Assembly: GCF_001194135.2 (NCBI RefSeq) | Contig: NC_068990.1 | Span: 822,079-868,029 of the forward strand | DNA: 45,951 nucleotides | Reading direction: 5' to 3' | Source of the DNA: Octopus bimaculoides | Lineage: Eukaryota | Shown here: positions 10,990 through 21,880 of the stretch, piece by piece | Layout of the letters: each line of letters opens with the position of its first letter | How positions within the stretch are numbered: the stretch's first letter is position 1 | Position numbers and translations under genes: made by a program | Notes under the pieces: model-generated | Databases searched by the model: none | Told to the model about the DNA's origin: nothing | Seen by the model: the letters and a program-made list of their open reading frames with translations, nothing else

Positions 10990-11830
10990 TTTTATGTCGA
11001 TTTGTGTGCCGTACATATCCACTTACAACCCCAGAAACAAATAAGCCTTCACCATCATCACCCAAAATCTACCAATGCTACATGAGGACACCAAACTAAA
11101 GGAAATTTTACACACACATAAGATCATTAAAAGCCAGAAACAACCGAAGTCACTAAAAGAGATCCTCACAAAGGCAAAATTATACTTTAAAATAACGAAC
11201 GCAAAAGTGAAAAAATGTGGTCGACCAAATTGCGCAACATGCCCCATCCTTCTAGAAGGATCAGAATTTCTTTTTAAAAAGGGACAAAAATTCAAAACCA
11301 AATCTGACTTTACTTGTGCCTCGGAAAACCTGATTTATTTTATAAGATGCTCGGGGTGCCTCCCGAATTACATATGGTCCACGGGATTATCGCTCAGACG
11401 CAGATGCACTCTGCACCGACAGCAGATTGCATTTCCAGAATACAGAATGATACTCTTTTGTGAACACATTGACAGATGCGCAAAACAACTGCTACCACAA
11501 TTTGTAATCTTTCCATTTTATCAATGTGCTATTGGAACACCAACACAAATTAGATTAAATAAGGAAACTTATCTCATTGAAAAATATAAACCAAAACTTA
11601 ACTATTTTTAACATTTTATTCTAACAAAACCAAATCATGTTAAATTAACAAACCTAATCATTCTCAACATCTTTTATTATCTCCCTTATACCGAAAAAAT
11701 CCCTGATTACCTCCCCTTGTTTCGAACTCTTCTACATCACACAGTAACGAATAGATGACATAACATCGGTAAAGAAATTTAAGAAATTTGAAAAGAAAAT
11801 GCGAAACCGGTTATTTCTCTCAAAACAATG
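10990..11830 (+). mobile_element. Penelope-like element 3' fragment with GIY-YIG endonuclease ORF (11075-11611)
   Basis: CGRPNCATC linker, NLIYFIRCSGC..NYIWSTG.SLRRR..LHR, RLNKE..LI.KYKPKLN. Confidence 0.9.
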
Positions 11831-11964
11831 TTACTGTACACAAAATTTTGTATCATTTTCCTAACATGACAATTTTAATATAATTTTTAACCATGTAATA
11901 CAAATTTTCAGCAGTTTTTTCATTCTAGTTTGCTTTATATATATATATATACATACATATATAT

Positions 11965-11997
<33 letters not shown>

Positions 11998-12039
11998 GTG
12001 TGTGCGTGTCTATAATATAAAGAATAATAATAATAATAA

Positions 12040-12240
12040 TCTTTTCTGCTAAAGGCACAAGGCCTGAAATTTGGTGGGAGGGGATAAGTCGATTACATCA
12101 ACTCCGGTACTTATTTTATCAACACCGAAAGAATGAAAAGCAAAGTTGATTTCGGCGGAATTTGAACTCACAACGTAAGGACGGACGAAATGCCGCCAAG
12201 CATTTTTCCCGACGTGCTAACGATTCTGCCAGCTCGCCAC
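12040..12240 (-). mobile_element. SINE family A
   Basis: full head ctgccagctcgcc in reverse; ends about 40 bp from the donor of the 12278-12370 exon. Confidence 0.8.
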
Positions 12241-12277
12241 CTTTAGCATAATAATAATAATTATAGATTATACCTAC

Positions 12278-12370
12278 TTGCTGACATGAGCATTGGACTG
12301 GCACCAACTCTGCTGCCAGATGGCAGTTCTTTGCCAAGCCATTCAGGAATATCAACAACACCTGGGTTAC
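12278..12370 (-). CDS. XPNPEP2-like: Xaa-Pro aminopeptidase exon (absent from ORF track)
   Basis: cattttcaattccag acceptor, CAA|gtaggt donor; 93 nt, phase 1 to 1; GNPGVVDIPEWLGKELPSGSRVGASPMLMSA-M matches the APP WL..LP.GSRVG.P segment. Confidence 0.92.
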
Positions 12371-12519
12371 CTGGAATTGAAAATGACAAAGTCATCAGTT
12401 AATATATACATGCACTAACACACTCACATACATGCATACATACATACATACATACATACATACATACATACACACATTCATACATACGTACATACATACA
12501 TACATACATACATACAAGA

Positions 12520-12750
12520 GGATATCTATGGACAACTACTTCGAGACCTTCAGCTTCTATATCCGGACTATGAATTCATATTCATATCAATAATAATTGG
12601 AGCACTGGGTTTTATTAGTAAATGCTTAAAGGAGAATCTGGAAAAAGTGGGATTTTCAGAAAGAGAAATCGACGGGCTAATTCGTACAAGTGCAATCTGT
12701 GAGGGGAACATTAAAAATTTGCAAGACTTTTCTTAAGTTCCAAATGTGAA
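12520..12750 (+). mobile_element. R4/Dong-like (RLE) non-LTR retrotransposon C-terminal fragment
   Basis: YGQLLRDLQLLYPDYEFIFISIIIGALGFISKCLKENLEKVGF..GTLKICKTFLKF*, the typical end of an RLE domain (IxIGALG). Confidence 0.7.
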
Positions 12751-12959
12751 TTTGTCTGTGTTAACTACATCCTAAAGATGGAGCCTTGTATCTTTGTTGG
12801 AGACCGGCTTCCTCCTCAGTGGAATATTTATAATAATTAAAAAATAGAAGAGATACAAGTATGCATACATACACACATACATCTTAGAAAAAATATGGCA
12901 GTTGGAACTCTCCTCTTACAACAAGACAATACTGCCCAGTGTATTTGCAATGCTAGTGC

Positions 12960-13130
12960 TGATTCTAATGTTTAGGATTCTTGACTGGCTTGTGTAGGAA
13001 ATCCACTCCATGGACATTAAAACTCGCAAGGTACTGACATCAACTGGTAAAGAGCTAAAGGAGGCAGAGGCTTGGGATCAGTGCAGACAGCCTTCGAATG
13101 TCGTAGTTCCTCTCAGCAGCGACAATAAAT
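12960..13130 (+). mobile_element. R4/Dong-like post-RT fragment
   Basis: MDIKTRKVLTSTG / RAKGGRGLGSVQTAFECR (D.KTRK.LT and GGRGL motifs). Confidence 0.65.
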
Positions 13131-13242
13131 ACATTGACTTCGTGATGACAAGTCAAGAGTGGCTTGGGTTTAAGTAAGAACAAAACTACAAATAAAAAAC
13201 AAAAACAAAGAGCATCAAGAGTAATGAATACTGCCGCCTTAC

Positions 13243-13347
13243 CCATACGCTGAAGAATCCAGGAACAATCCAGGGAAGATTCCGCCTCCAAAAAGTAGCG
13301 ACCGTCAGTCCAAAGAGCAGCCTTGCTTGTAGTTACGACAGCCGTTC
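13243..13347 (-). CDS. XPNPEP2-like: Xaa-Pro aminopeptidase exon
   Basis: ttttttactacag acceptor, TGG|gtaagg donor; 105 nt, phase 1 to 1; GTAVVTTSKAALWTDGRYFLEAESSLDCSWILQRM-G with the LWTDGRY motif. Confidence 0.96.
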
Positions 13348-13479
13348 CTGTAGTAAAAAAAGACAAGGGAGTAAAAATGTATACAGAATTATGCAAATGT
13401 GACTGGGAAAAGTAGACAATCGTTCTTTTATTTTATTTGCTGTAGGAAATGGCAGTGACCATGGTTCTTACAGGTCTTC

Positions 13480-13790
13480 TTAGACCCGGTGAGAATGACG
13501 CTATTAATGTTCTGTTTAAACTGCTGCAAGTCGGCACCTGCAAGAAAGACATCAGTATGGAGAGAATTCCAGAAGACCGACGTTTTGGGAAAGAAAAACT
13601 GGCTGTTTGATGCAACAATGGCGATGAGAAGAGGTAGCAGTAGTAGGCAGAGGACGCCCGAATGAACGGGGCATGAGCACATGAGAACCGGAGGCCATTA
13701 TAGTGGTGGTAGAAAAAAGGTAGGGAGAAGAAACAAGACCACAAGACCACAAAACGACCCCTGTAGGTTTTGAGAAAGAAGCTTCAGGAG
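13480..13790 (-). mobile_element. CR1/L2-group LINE 3' end
   Basis: FFYHHYNG..S and FFFPKTSVFWNSLHTDVF..DLQQFKQNIN resemble the C-terminal FF.RT..LWNSLP..L..FK motif. Confidence 0.7.
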
Positions 13791-13962
13791 CCGATCAGAA
13801 TTATTCGATCTGAAAACAAATTACAATCATATTACATTATATAACAAGAACAGAATTATTCAAAAGTAAATTTACAATATTTAGTGAATGTACAGTGCTC
13901 ACATAGAAGAACCAGAATATGTGACACCACTCAGACCATGCTCTACTGTATTATAAACAGAC

Positions 13963-14002
<40 letters not shown>

Positions 14003-14340
14003 NNNNNNNNNNNNNNNNNNNNNNNNNNNNNNNNNNNNNNNNNNNNNNNNNNNNNNNNNNNNNNNNNNNNNNNNNNNNNNNNNNNNNNNNNNNNNNNNNN
14101 NNNNNNNNNNNNNNNNNNNNNNNNNNNNNNNNNNNNNNNNNNNNNNNNNNNNNNNNNNNNNNNNNNNNNNNNNNNNNNNNNNNNNNNNNNNNNNNNNNNN
14201 NNNNNNNNNNNNNNNNNNNNNNNNNNNNNNNNNNNNNNNNNNNNNNNNNNNNNNNNNNNNNNNNNNNNNNNNNNNNNNNNNNNNNNNNNNNNNNNNNNNN
14301 NNNNNNNNNNNNNNNNNNNNNNNNNNNNNNNNNNNNNNNN

Positions 14341-14372
<32 letters not shown>

Positions 14373-14918
14373 AATGTAGTTCTCTGATAGACTAAAAGAC
14401 GAGATGGTCAACTCGGTACGTCTTTGACCACAGCAGTGCTTCATCAGAACGAATAACAACATCGGCAAGTTGGTATCGCATGATAACAAAGCCATCCAGT
14501 GTCAATCTTTCGTTATATTGTGGTACTGAAATCAGGACTTCCGTTTGGACTTTAACCATAATAAAAGTGTTCAAGGTACTACTCTAATTTCTTCTCTGTC
14601 CAAGAATAAACATAACTACTTTCATCACGAAAACAAGCATTTGTGATTCTCAAAAATCAGACTGAGATATTTTCACCGCAACCACTCCTCCACCATTGCA
14701 ACCGTTATTATCCAAAGAAAATATGTGGATCGTAAAATTTCGTTGCAACTCAGTTAAGCGAAATTTAAGATGTTTAATAAAACCTTGCATTAACGCTAAT
14801 CTGTGGAAGTATTCATGAAAAACAGTAGCCTCGTTCTTTGTTATCAAAACCTGATGTAAGGGAAAATAAAAACAATTGTAAAATTCTTGAAAACTAAAGA
14901 ATGATGCAAAATAGTTAC

Positions 14919-14982
14919 CTCGTGATCCTTTGAATCCACTAATAAAAGCTCTCCTTTTATCGTAAGCAGCAACATATTCACT
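14919..14982 (-). CDS. XPNPEP2-like: Xaa-Pro aminopeptidase exon
   Basis: ttttttacag acceptor, GAG|gtaact donor; 64 nt, phase 0 to 1; SEYVAAYDKRRAFISGFKGSR-G. Confidence 0.95.
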
Positions 14983-15049
14983 CTGTAAAAAAAAAAAGGG
15001 ATGCTGAAACTTCGTATTTGAGCTGGTGGTGGTGGAGGTGGTGGTGGTG

Positions 15050-15086
<37 letters not shown>

Positions 15087-15921
15087 AGCTTACAAAGATA
15101 ACGAAGCCCAAGAACCCCATATGAAAAAAAAACTAACCACAAAACGAATTGCCAAATTAACAGTACATGGTTTAATAAAAAAAAATAAAATTCTATTAAT
15201 CTTAAGACTCCAGTTAATGTATCGGGAAGGGTTAAGGTAAGGGTCAGAATTGGGGTGGGGGTGGATTGGTGGTATGATATTTTGATATATGTTTGGGTGC
15301 AAATCAGCGTGTTTTAGAAGGCTGCAACAATACATACCGAACATTAATAACAACAGTAAGAACAGTTGCAAAAATATTGAACTGCTACTTTAGCAACATT
15401 TCACGGTTTAGAAATATACTCATACGCTTAGTATACTGGTTCTGCGACTGTCTAGTGGACGCATTTCTCTCATTCCCCTAACACTTCTGAAAAGGAGTAT
15501 TTTACCCAAATTATTAGGAGTATTTGTTGAGCAACTTTCCAATATTTTTGTTATTTTTGTTATAGATAATTAATATCCTGTCTGTATTGCCACAGTCTTT
15601 TATGACACACTGATCTACACATTCTTCAATACTTCAATGCTCTTCTACATATTTTGTAATATACATATTATTTCAAATTATTATTTGGGGTAATATATAC
15701 CAAAATGACATAGGTCTGTATTATCTCTAAGAACACTTAGTTCATAAATATCTTCCAACCTCTTTATCAAGATTAAAAAAAAAAAGTCGTCATATTTATG
15801 GGCTCCCTATTCTCTTTTTATAATTTAAGGGTCGTAAAGCGGAAGAGTAGGTAAAACAGCACCCTAATTACCTCGCAGTATTTTGTTGTATTTGTCTAAG
15901 TTCTGAGATAAAAGTATAAAC

Positions 15922-15984
15922 CAGTCATGACCAGGTATCGATCAGTCATGACCAGGTATCGATCAGTCATGACCAGGTATCGAT
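15922..15984. repeat. 21-bp tandem repeat x3
   Basis: cagtcatgaccaggtatcgat, three perfect copies. Confidence 0.97.
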
Positions 15985-16419
15985 CCAATCGTTTACATCA
16001 TCACATTGTCTCCCAAGCATTTATGATATTATGCCACTGTAAGGTCTCATTATCATCTCATCGTCACCACCATATCTCAACCATCAAGGTCAATTTTGCA
16101 TTTTATTCTTCTGCGAGGAAATCCACTAAACCACAACATGCTTGCAAATATTTGGTCATATGGCGATAGAATTCAGCTTTAGTTTTTGTAGTTTATACAT
16201 GGATATACCTGATATATATCTCCCCAAATTAGAAACCATTAATTATTACCTAGCATAATAAGATTGCCCGTGAAGGCAATCATGCAATATCACTATATGT
16301 AATCACCATAAACCGTGAATAACTCCTTTAACATGTCCAACCTTACGGGAATGGAGGACAACTCAACGTAACTAAACCCTAAGATATAAAAAAGATTTAA
16401 AAGACTCACAAACAAGTGT

Positions 16420-16459
<40 letters not shown>

Positions 16460-17292
16460 TGGCTGATATTTAGCAAGGTGAGACACACATAAGAAAGAAG
16501 AAAGCAAAGGACCACTGATGAGGTCACAGAAGTGTGACNNNNNNNNNNNNNNNNNNNNNNNNNNNNNNNNNNNNNNNNNNNNNNNNNNNNNNNNNNNNNN
16601 NNNNNNNNNNNNNNNNNNNNNNNNNNNNNNNNNNNNNNNNNNNNNNNNNNNNNNNNNNNNNNNNNNNNNNNNNNNNNNNNNNNNNNNNNNNNNNNNNNNN
16701 NNNNNNNNNNNNNNNNNNNNNNNNNNNNNNNNNNNNNNNNNNNNNNNTATATATATATATATTCCCATTTGCAGCTGCTTAACGTATATGTATGTGTGTG
16801 TATGTAAAATTCTTTTTTTTTTAGAGATGTTATGAAGAAGTTAAACCTTATTACATTGCAATATTTGTTTACCAATTTGTGAGATGCCCCCAAAATTGGT
16901 TGACAGAGAGTGAAAATTAAAAATTCAAATTGGGATGACCTTTACTGTGCTGAAAATCAAGAGGGAAAATCGATATCTTATTGCTAACAGGAAGGTTTAT
17001 GACAAGGAGCTGAAAGTCAAGCTAAATCGAATTGACCAATGAAGCCGCTAATTGAATTAGTCCGTGTTGGAATAGTTGAATTGAATATACAGAACAATAC
17101 TTAATGCTTCGCCACCATCACCACCTTGAAAAGTACGCATCATTACGAAAAGTTTAAAAAATAAAAATCTCATCAATAGAAATGAATAAATTCGTAAATT
17201 CCGCCTCAACAGATGACAGTAAAGTAAAAAGTGGAGGGGAGGAAAAAAAAAAGGAAGTGTAAACATTGTTTTTGAAAATGTGTCTTCCTTAC

Positions 17293-17418
17293 CTGATGAG
17301 CGTCTTCTGATGGTACGATATAAGCATCTATTCTTTTACCATCTCCGACCGGATTTCGGAACCATATTCGTAGTGCCATTACACGATCGGCGGTTATAAT
17401 TCGTGTTTTGGGAATCGG
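17293..17418 (-). CDS. XPNPEP2-like: Xaa-Pro aminopeptidase exon
   Basis: tctttttttcag acceptor, CAG|gtaagg donor; 126 nt, phase 0 to 0; PIPKTRIITADRVMALRIWFRNPVGDGKRIDAYIVPSEDAHQ carries the APP AYIVPSxDAHQ motif. Confidence 0.93.
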
Positions 17419-17543
17419 CTGAAAAAAAGAGTAATATATATTTATAGCGTTTGACACTCTAGTCGATAACTGATGAGCGGTTGGCGACCGTCCGTATCTG
17501 TTTCCCGTTTGTTTGTGCATTTATCATGTTTCTAACTTGTATA

Positions 17544-17655
17544 TATATAAGACAGGGTATAAATAATGGTCATTACATTCTTTTCCTTTAAAGGAGTATT
17601 TACTCCATTAAAGGAAAAATATGTAATGAACCTTATTTGTACCTTATCTTGTATA
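17544..17655. mobile_element. palindromic MITE-like element (55-bp arms, 2-nt loop)
   Basis: arms tatataagacagggtataaataatggtcattacat..ggagta / tactcc..cttgtata; arm motif recurs near 30450. Confidence 0.75.
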
Positions 17656-17848
17656 CCACCCTGTGTAATAACCAGTATAACTGGAGTACAACCACGGATT
17701 TACAATGCAGAATGGTAATAGACTATAACCTCGGATCCTGTCACAAGAATACTTGGAGTTCTTTACTAATCTAAACAATATTGTTAGCCTGGTGTACTAA
17801 CAGAGGAGCCTATGATGTGTTTTGCCCGAATTGATAATCCGTCACTAA

Positions 17849-17904
<56 letters not shown>

Positions 17905-18976
17905 GAGAGAGAGGGGGGAGAGGCGGATGCATATGGTTTCTTGGTTAAGAAATTCGCCTGTAGTCATGAGGTCTCGATCTGATCTCACTGTCGCCCCCGA
18001 TTCAATTGGCAGAAATTGTAGTTTGACCAAATTTATAACTCAGATCAGGTCATTTCACAGCGCACAGTATGGATGCTGTGGTTAGACGGCACGATGAAGT
18101 AGCACTTTTAATCTTTTGCTGCGGCGAAATTAAAACAAATGCTAAACAATTCCTAAATGAAAAGAACTGAATGAGGAGTAGGGGCGGGGGTCCATCGTTG
18201 GTTACGTATCTGTAACGGCAAGACAGTTGTAAATGCATTACTTTTTTCCTGATAGAGTGTGCTACCTTACCTTTCATCTTACCTTTTAAAAATTAATGGT
18301 TGTGAGTATGAGGAAGATTTTTAGATCGAAGAACCACAAAGAGGACGACCTTCCATTTTCCAAATTATTACAAAGAATGGTAAGAGGAAGAAGTAATACC
18401 TTGTAGTATTTAGTGCAGTCCTTTTATTTTCTGAATTCAAATATGGGCCTGTGGATCTCTGGTCAATCTAATTGACTATAGCTAATATGCACAAACAAAC
18501 GTATGGTCTTGTACCAATGTAACCCAGTACGTGATCTCTCGATCTGTTAAACATAGCAGCCAAATCTCCCTCAGATAACATTTTACCTTCTCCAAAAAGG
18601 AGAGACAGGACACATTGAATAACGTAGTCTGAAAATGAAGTGATGGTCACGACTGGAACACCTTTGCCTAAGTCTTTTCAGTATTGACGTGCGTTTAAAG
18701 AAGAAACAGCAGAAAAAAAAATAAGACAATGAAAAAGATGGCGAAAACATAAAGAAAAGCAAAAGAACAAACGCAAAAAAGAAAATAGAACAAAAGAGGC
18801 AAAAACAGAAGAAGAAGAAGAAGAAGAAGAAGTGTTTTCTTTTATACATCAGATATAAGTATAAGCACTACAATTACTGCTTCGGTGATATTTTCTTAAA
18901 TGTTAAGTTGGTTATCAAACGCAAGAGATGGTAGTCTGGGAAATGTGATAAATATAAATTTGTAAATATAACTCAC

Positions 18977-19047
18977 CTGGCCATCAGCACAAGATGGTCG
19001 GTTGTCACTGTCCACTCTAGTCGTTCTTCCATTAACCGAGATCAATC
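18977..19047 (-). CDS. XPNPEP2-like: Xaa-Pro aminopeptidase exon (first located; end of probable signal peptide and mature N-terminus)
   Basis: ctctcccccgcag acceptor, CAG|gtgagt donor; 71 nt, phase 1 to 0; (G/R)LISVNGRTTRVDSDNRPSCADGQ joins the next exon in frame; Cys matches the N-terminal Cys of membrane-type aminopeptidase P. Confidence 0.8.
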
Positions 19048-19149
19048 CTGCGGGGGAGAGACAAGTAAATTATATTGTATGGTAAGGAGCCATTTGTTAT
19101 TATTACTTTTGCATTTTAACATTTTATGTACGTATAAAATCGGTTTCAA

Positions 19150-19545
19150 AATTTGGCACAAGGCCAGAAATTTCGAGGGGAGGGGGAAAGTCAATTACGT
19201 TGACCCCAGTGTTCAAGTGGTACTTATTTTGACGACCCTCGAAAGAATGAAAGGCAAAGTGGAGCTTGGCGGAATTTGAACTCAGAACGTAAAGACAGAC
19301 TAAATGCTTATTTCTTTACTGCCCACAAGGGGGCTAAACATAGAGGGGACAAACAAGGACAGACAAACGGATTAAGTCGATTACATCGACTCCAGTACGT
19401 AACTGGTACTTATTTAATCGACCCCGAAAGGATGAAAGGCAAAGTCGACCTCGGCGGAATTTGAACTCAGAACGTAGCGGCAGACGAAATACCGCTAAGC
19501 ATTTCGTCCGGCGTGCTAACGCTTCTGCCAGCTCGTCGCATCAAT
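19150..19545 (-). mobile_element. two tandem SINE family A copies
   Basis: consensus ggcaaagtcgacctcggcggaatttgaactcagaacgta seen twice. Confidence 0.85.
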
Positions 19546-19789
19546 GTACGTATAATGTTGTTGTTTCCAAAGTGTCTTTTGTAAGGCAACTGGTTTGATC
19601 TGAGACCATGTGTTGAGACTAAAACGATTGCAGCTTGGAAGACACACGTTAGCTATTCAAAAACACACAGAGACTCTTAACTTCACTTCAACATTTGTTA
19701 TTTTGGTATCAAAATGTTTTAGTGAAGTTAACAACCTTTGTGTGTTTTTGAATGAATTACGTGTGTCTTCCAGGCTACAATCGTGATAA

Positions 19790-20190
19790 TACAGCTGATT
19801 GCCTTTCATCTTTTTTATTTCTTTCAGGCATTGGACTGCAGCCACCTGGAGCGTCACCTTGAAGAGTTTAGTCGAACAAATCAACCCAGTACTTATATTT
19901 TCTAAGTCTTCTACTTATCCTATCAGTTTATTTTGCCGAACTGCTAAGTTACAGCAACGTCGAGCGGTGTGGGTTTTGGGGGAACAAACATACACACACA
20001 TATATAAATGTATGCACACACACGACGGGCTTCCATGCAATTTCCGCCTACCAGATTCACTCACAAATTACTGGTCGTCCCGAAGCTATAGTAGAAGACA
20101 CTTGCCCGAGATGCTGCATAGTGGAACTGAGCCAGAAACCACAGGGTAGCAAAGTGAGCTTCTTAACTACACAGCCTTACCTTCGCTTAA
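19790..20190 (-). mobile_element. SINE family B
   Basis: reverse complement of the family B head and tail seen at 3245-3660. Confidence 0.75.
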
Positions 20191-20399
20191 TAAATGAATA
20201 AAACAAAAACTCAAAGCTAGATACCGTCTACGTAAGGAAGTTGCGATAGTTCTGTAAGATAAGTTAGACCTTAGCAATTATTGATACTGCTGCTGCTGCT
20301 AGACCGCAACCAGATAAGGGTCACCTGTCAGGCTGGCATAAAGTCACTCACAAACTCTCTCTAACCTCAGATCTACCGGCACACTGATTCCTCTCCCTG

Positions 20400-20830
20400 T
20401 CTTCCTAAAATGGCCTCCATTACCCGGAATTGGCTAGATCAACGCTTACTCCATTCAGGTATCTCTGACTCACACCTCTATCTGCCTTTCGTCGCTATTA
20501 TTGAGTGCTGCCTCCACCCAGGCTCCGCACTAATCACTACAATCAGTCATTCCTTCCAAAAACATTAGCCCTCTGAAATTCCTTCTCTGCTCATTTTTCC
20601 CCCACGGATGTTGACTTGCAACTGTTCAAGATGAACATTAATGACATCACTCACTGGTCCAGGCGGACCTTCGAAGGCCACGGATATAACCTTTTCTACC
20701 AGATGCAGCAAGTAAAAATTAATGTAATTGACAGTGAAGATTTGCACCACAGTCGCAAAGTTGTAAAGGCAGACATAACTGAACTATTTTTCATTAAGAT
20801 AATCTATTACACCCCGCCCTCCATGTAATG
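20400..20830 (+). mobile_element. decayed LINE apurinic endonuclease fragment
   Basis: FVAIIECCLHP (cf. IAITETWL) and ELFFIKIIYYTPP (cf. IYRPP) in broken frames. Confidence 0.45.
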
Positions 20831-21014
20831 ATATATTTTTCATTCATTAGTCAACCAATATCTTAAGATTCTTTCTCCACTCTTTTCAAACTATACATTA
20901 TAAAAATATGACCGAGGAATACTTCCTTGGGTCATCTGCTGCGTGATCCCGGAATTACTTGATTTCTAAGCAAACTTATTAACCACATGGTCATGCCCGC
21001 AGAAACACAAGGTC

Positions 21015-21880
21015 TAGCAGAAACACAAGGCCTGAAATTTTGTGGATGGGGAATTTTCGATACCACCGACCCTAGTACTGGACTGGTACTTTATTTTATC
21101 GACCCAAGAAGGATGAAAGCAAATTTGAACTAAGCAGGACTGGAACTTTTTGTCCTTAAACAACGACGTGATTATTAATAGTTTTAGTTTATTGAAGAAT
21201 GTATAAAGAAAGCGAGTTGACAAGAGTTGTTAAGCACGTCGGACAAAAAATGCTTAGAGGCATTTCTTCTGGCTATTTACATGAGTTCAAATTCCACCGA
21301 TATCGATTCTGCCTTTCATCCTTTTGGGGGTCGATAAAATAAGTAACCGGTGTTGGTTTGTTTACGTCCTCCATAACGTTGCAATTCGGCAAATGAGACC
21401 TACAGAATAAGTATCAGACTTAAAAAATAAATCCTGGAGTCGATTTGTTTGACTAAACCTTTCAAGGTGAAACCACTTTGCGGTCGCTGTTCAATGATTG
21501 AAACAAATAAAAGACGAAGAAATAGAAGTGAATTTAAAAAGAAGTATAGTTCCCACTAGAGTCACTATACACAACGTCCCGACCGAATCAAGGACGACTA
21601 AGTTTTAGGCACCAATTGACCAGCTGTATTTATTTTGTTAATTTACATTTATTTCTTTATTGCCCACAGGGGGATAAACTTAGAGGGGACAAACAAGGAC
21701 AGACAAAGGGATTAAGTCGATTACATCGACCCCAGTGCGTAATTGGTACTTATTTAATCGACCCTGAAAGGATGAAAGGCAAAGTCGACCTCGGTGGAAT
21801 TTGAACTCGGATTGTAACGGCAGACGAAATATCGCTAAGCATTTCACGCGGCGTGCTAACGATTCTACCAGCTCGCCGCC
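21015..21880. mobile_element. SINE cluster (family A -, A/B +, A -)
   Basis: family A copies at about 21015-21125 (-), 21210-21345 (+) with B-like tail to 21510, and 21650-21880 (-). Confidence 0.8.

Noticed and set aside
14405-14455. Minus-strand CTGATGA-agcac-tgct-gtggt-caaa hammerhead-like motif
   Set aside because: G12 is missing, stem III is not palindromic and stem I is unsupported; at best a heavily decayed copy.
17468-17500. CTGATGA-gcgg..ccgt motif
   Set aside because: No GAAA follows the stem.
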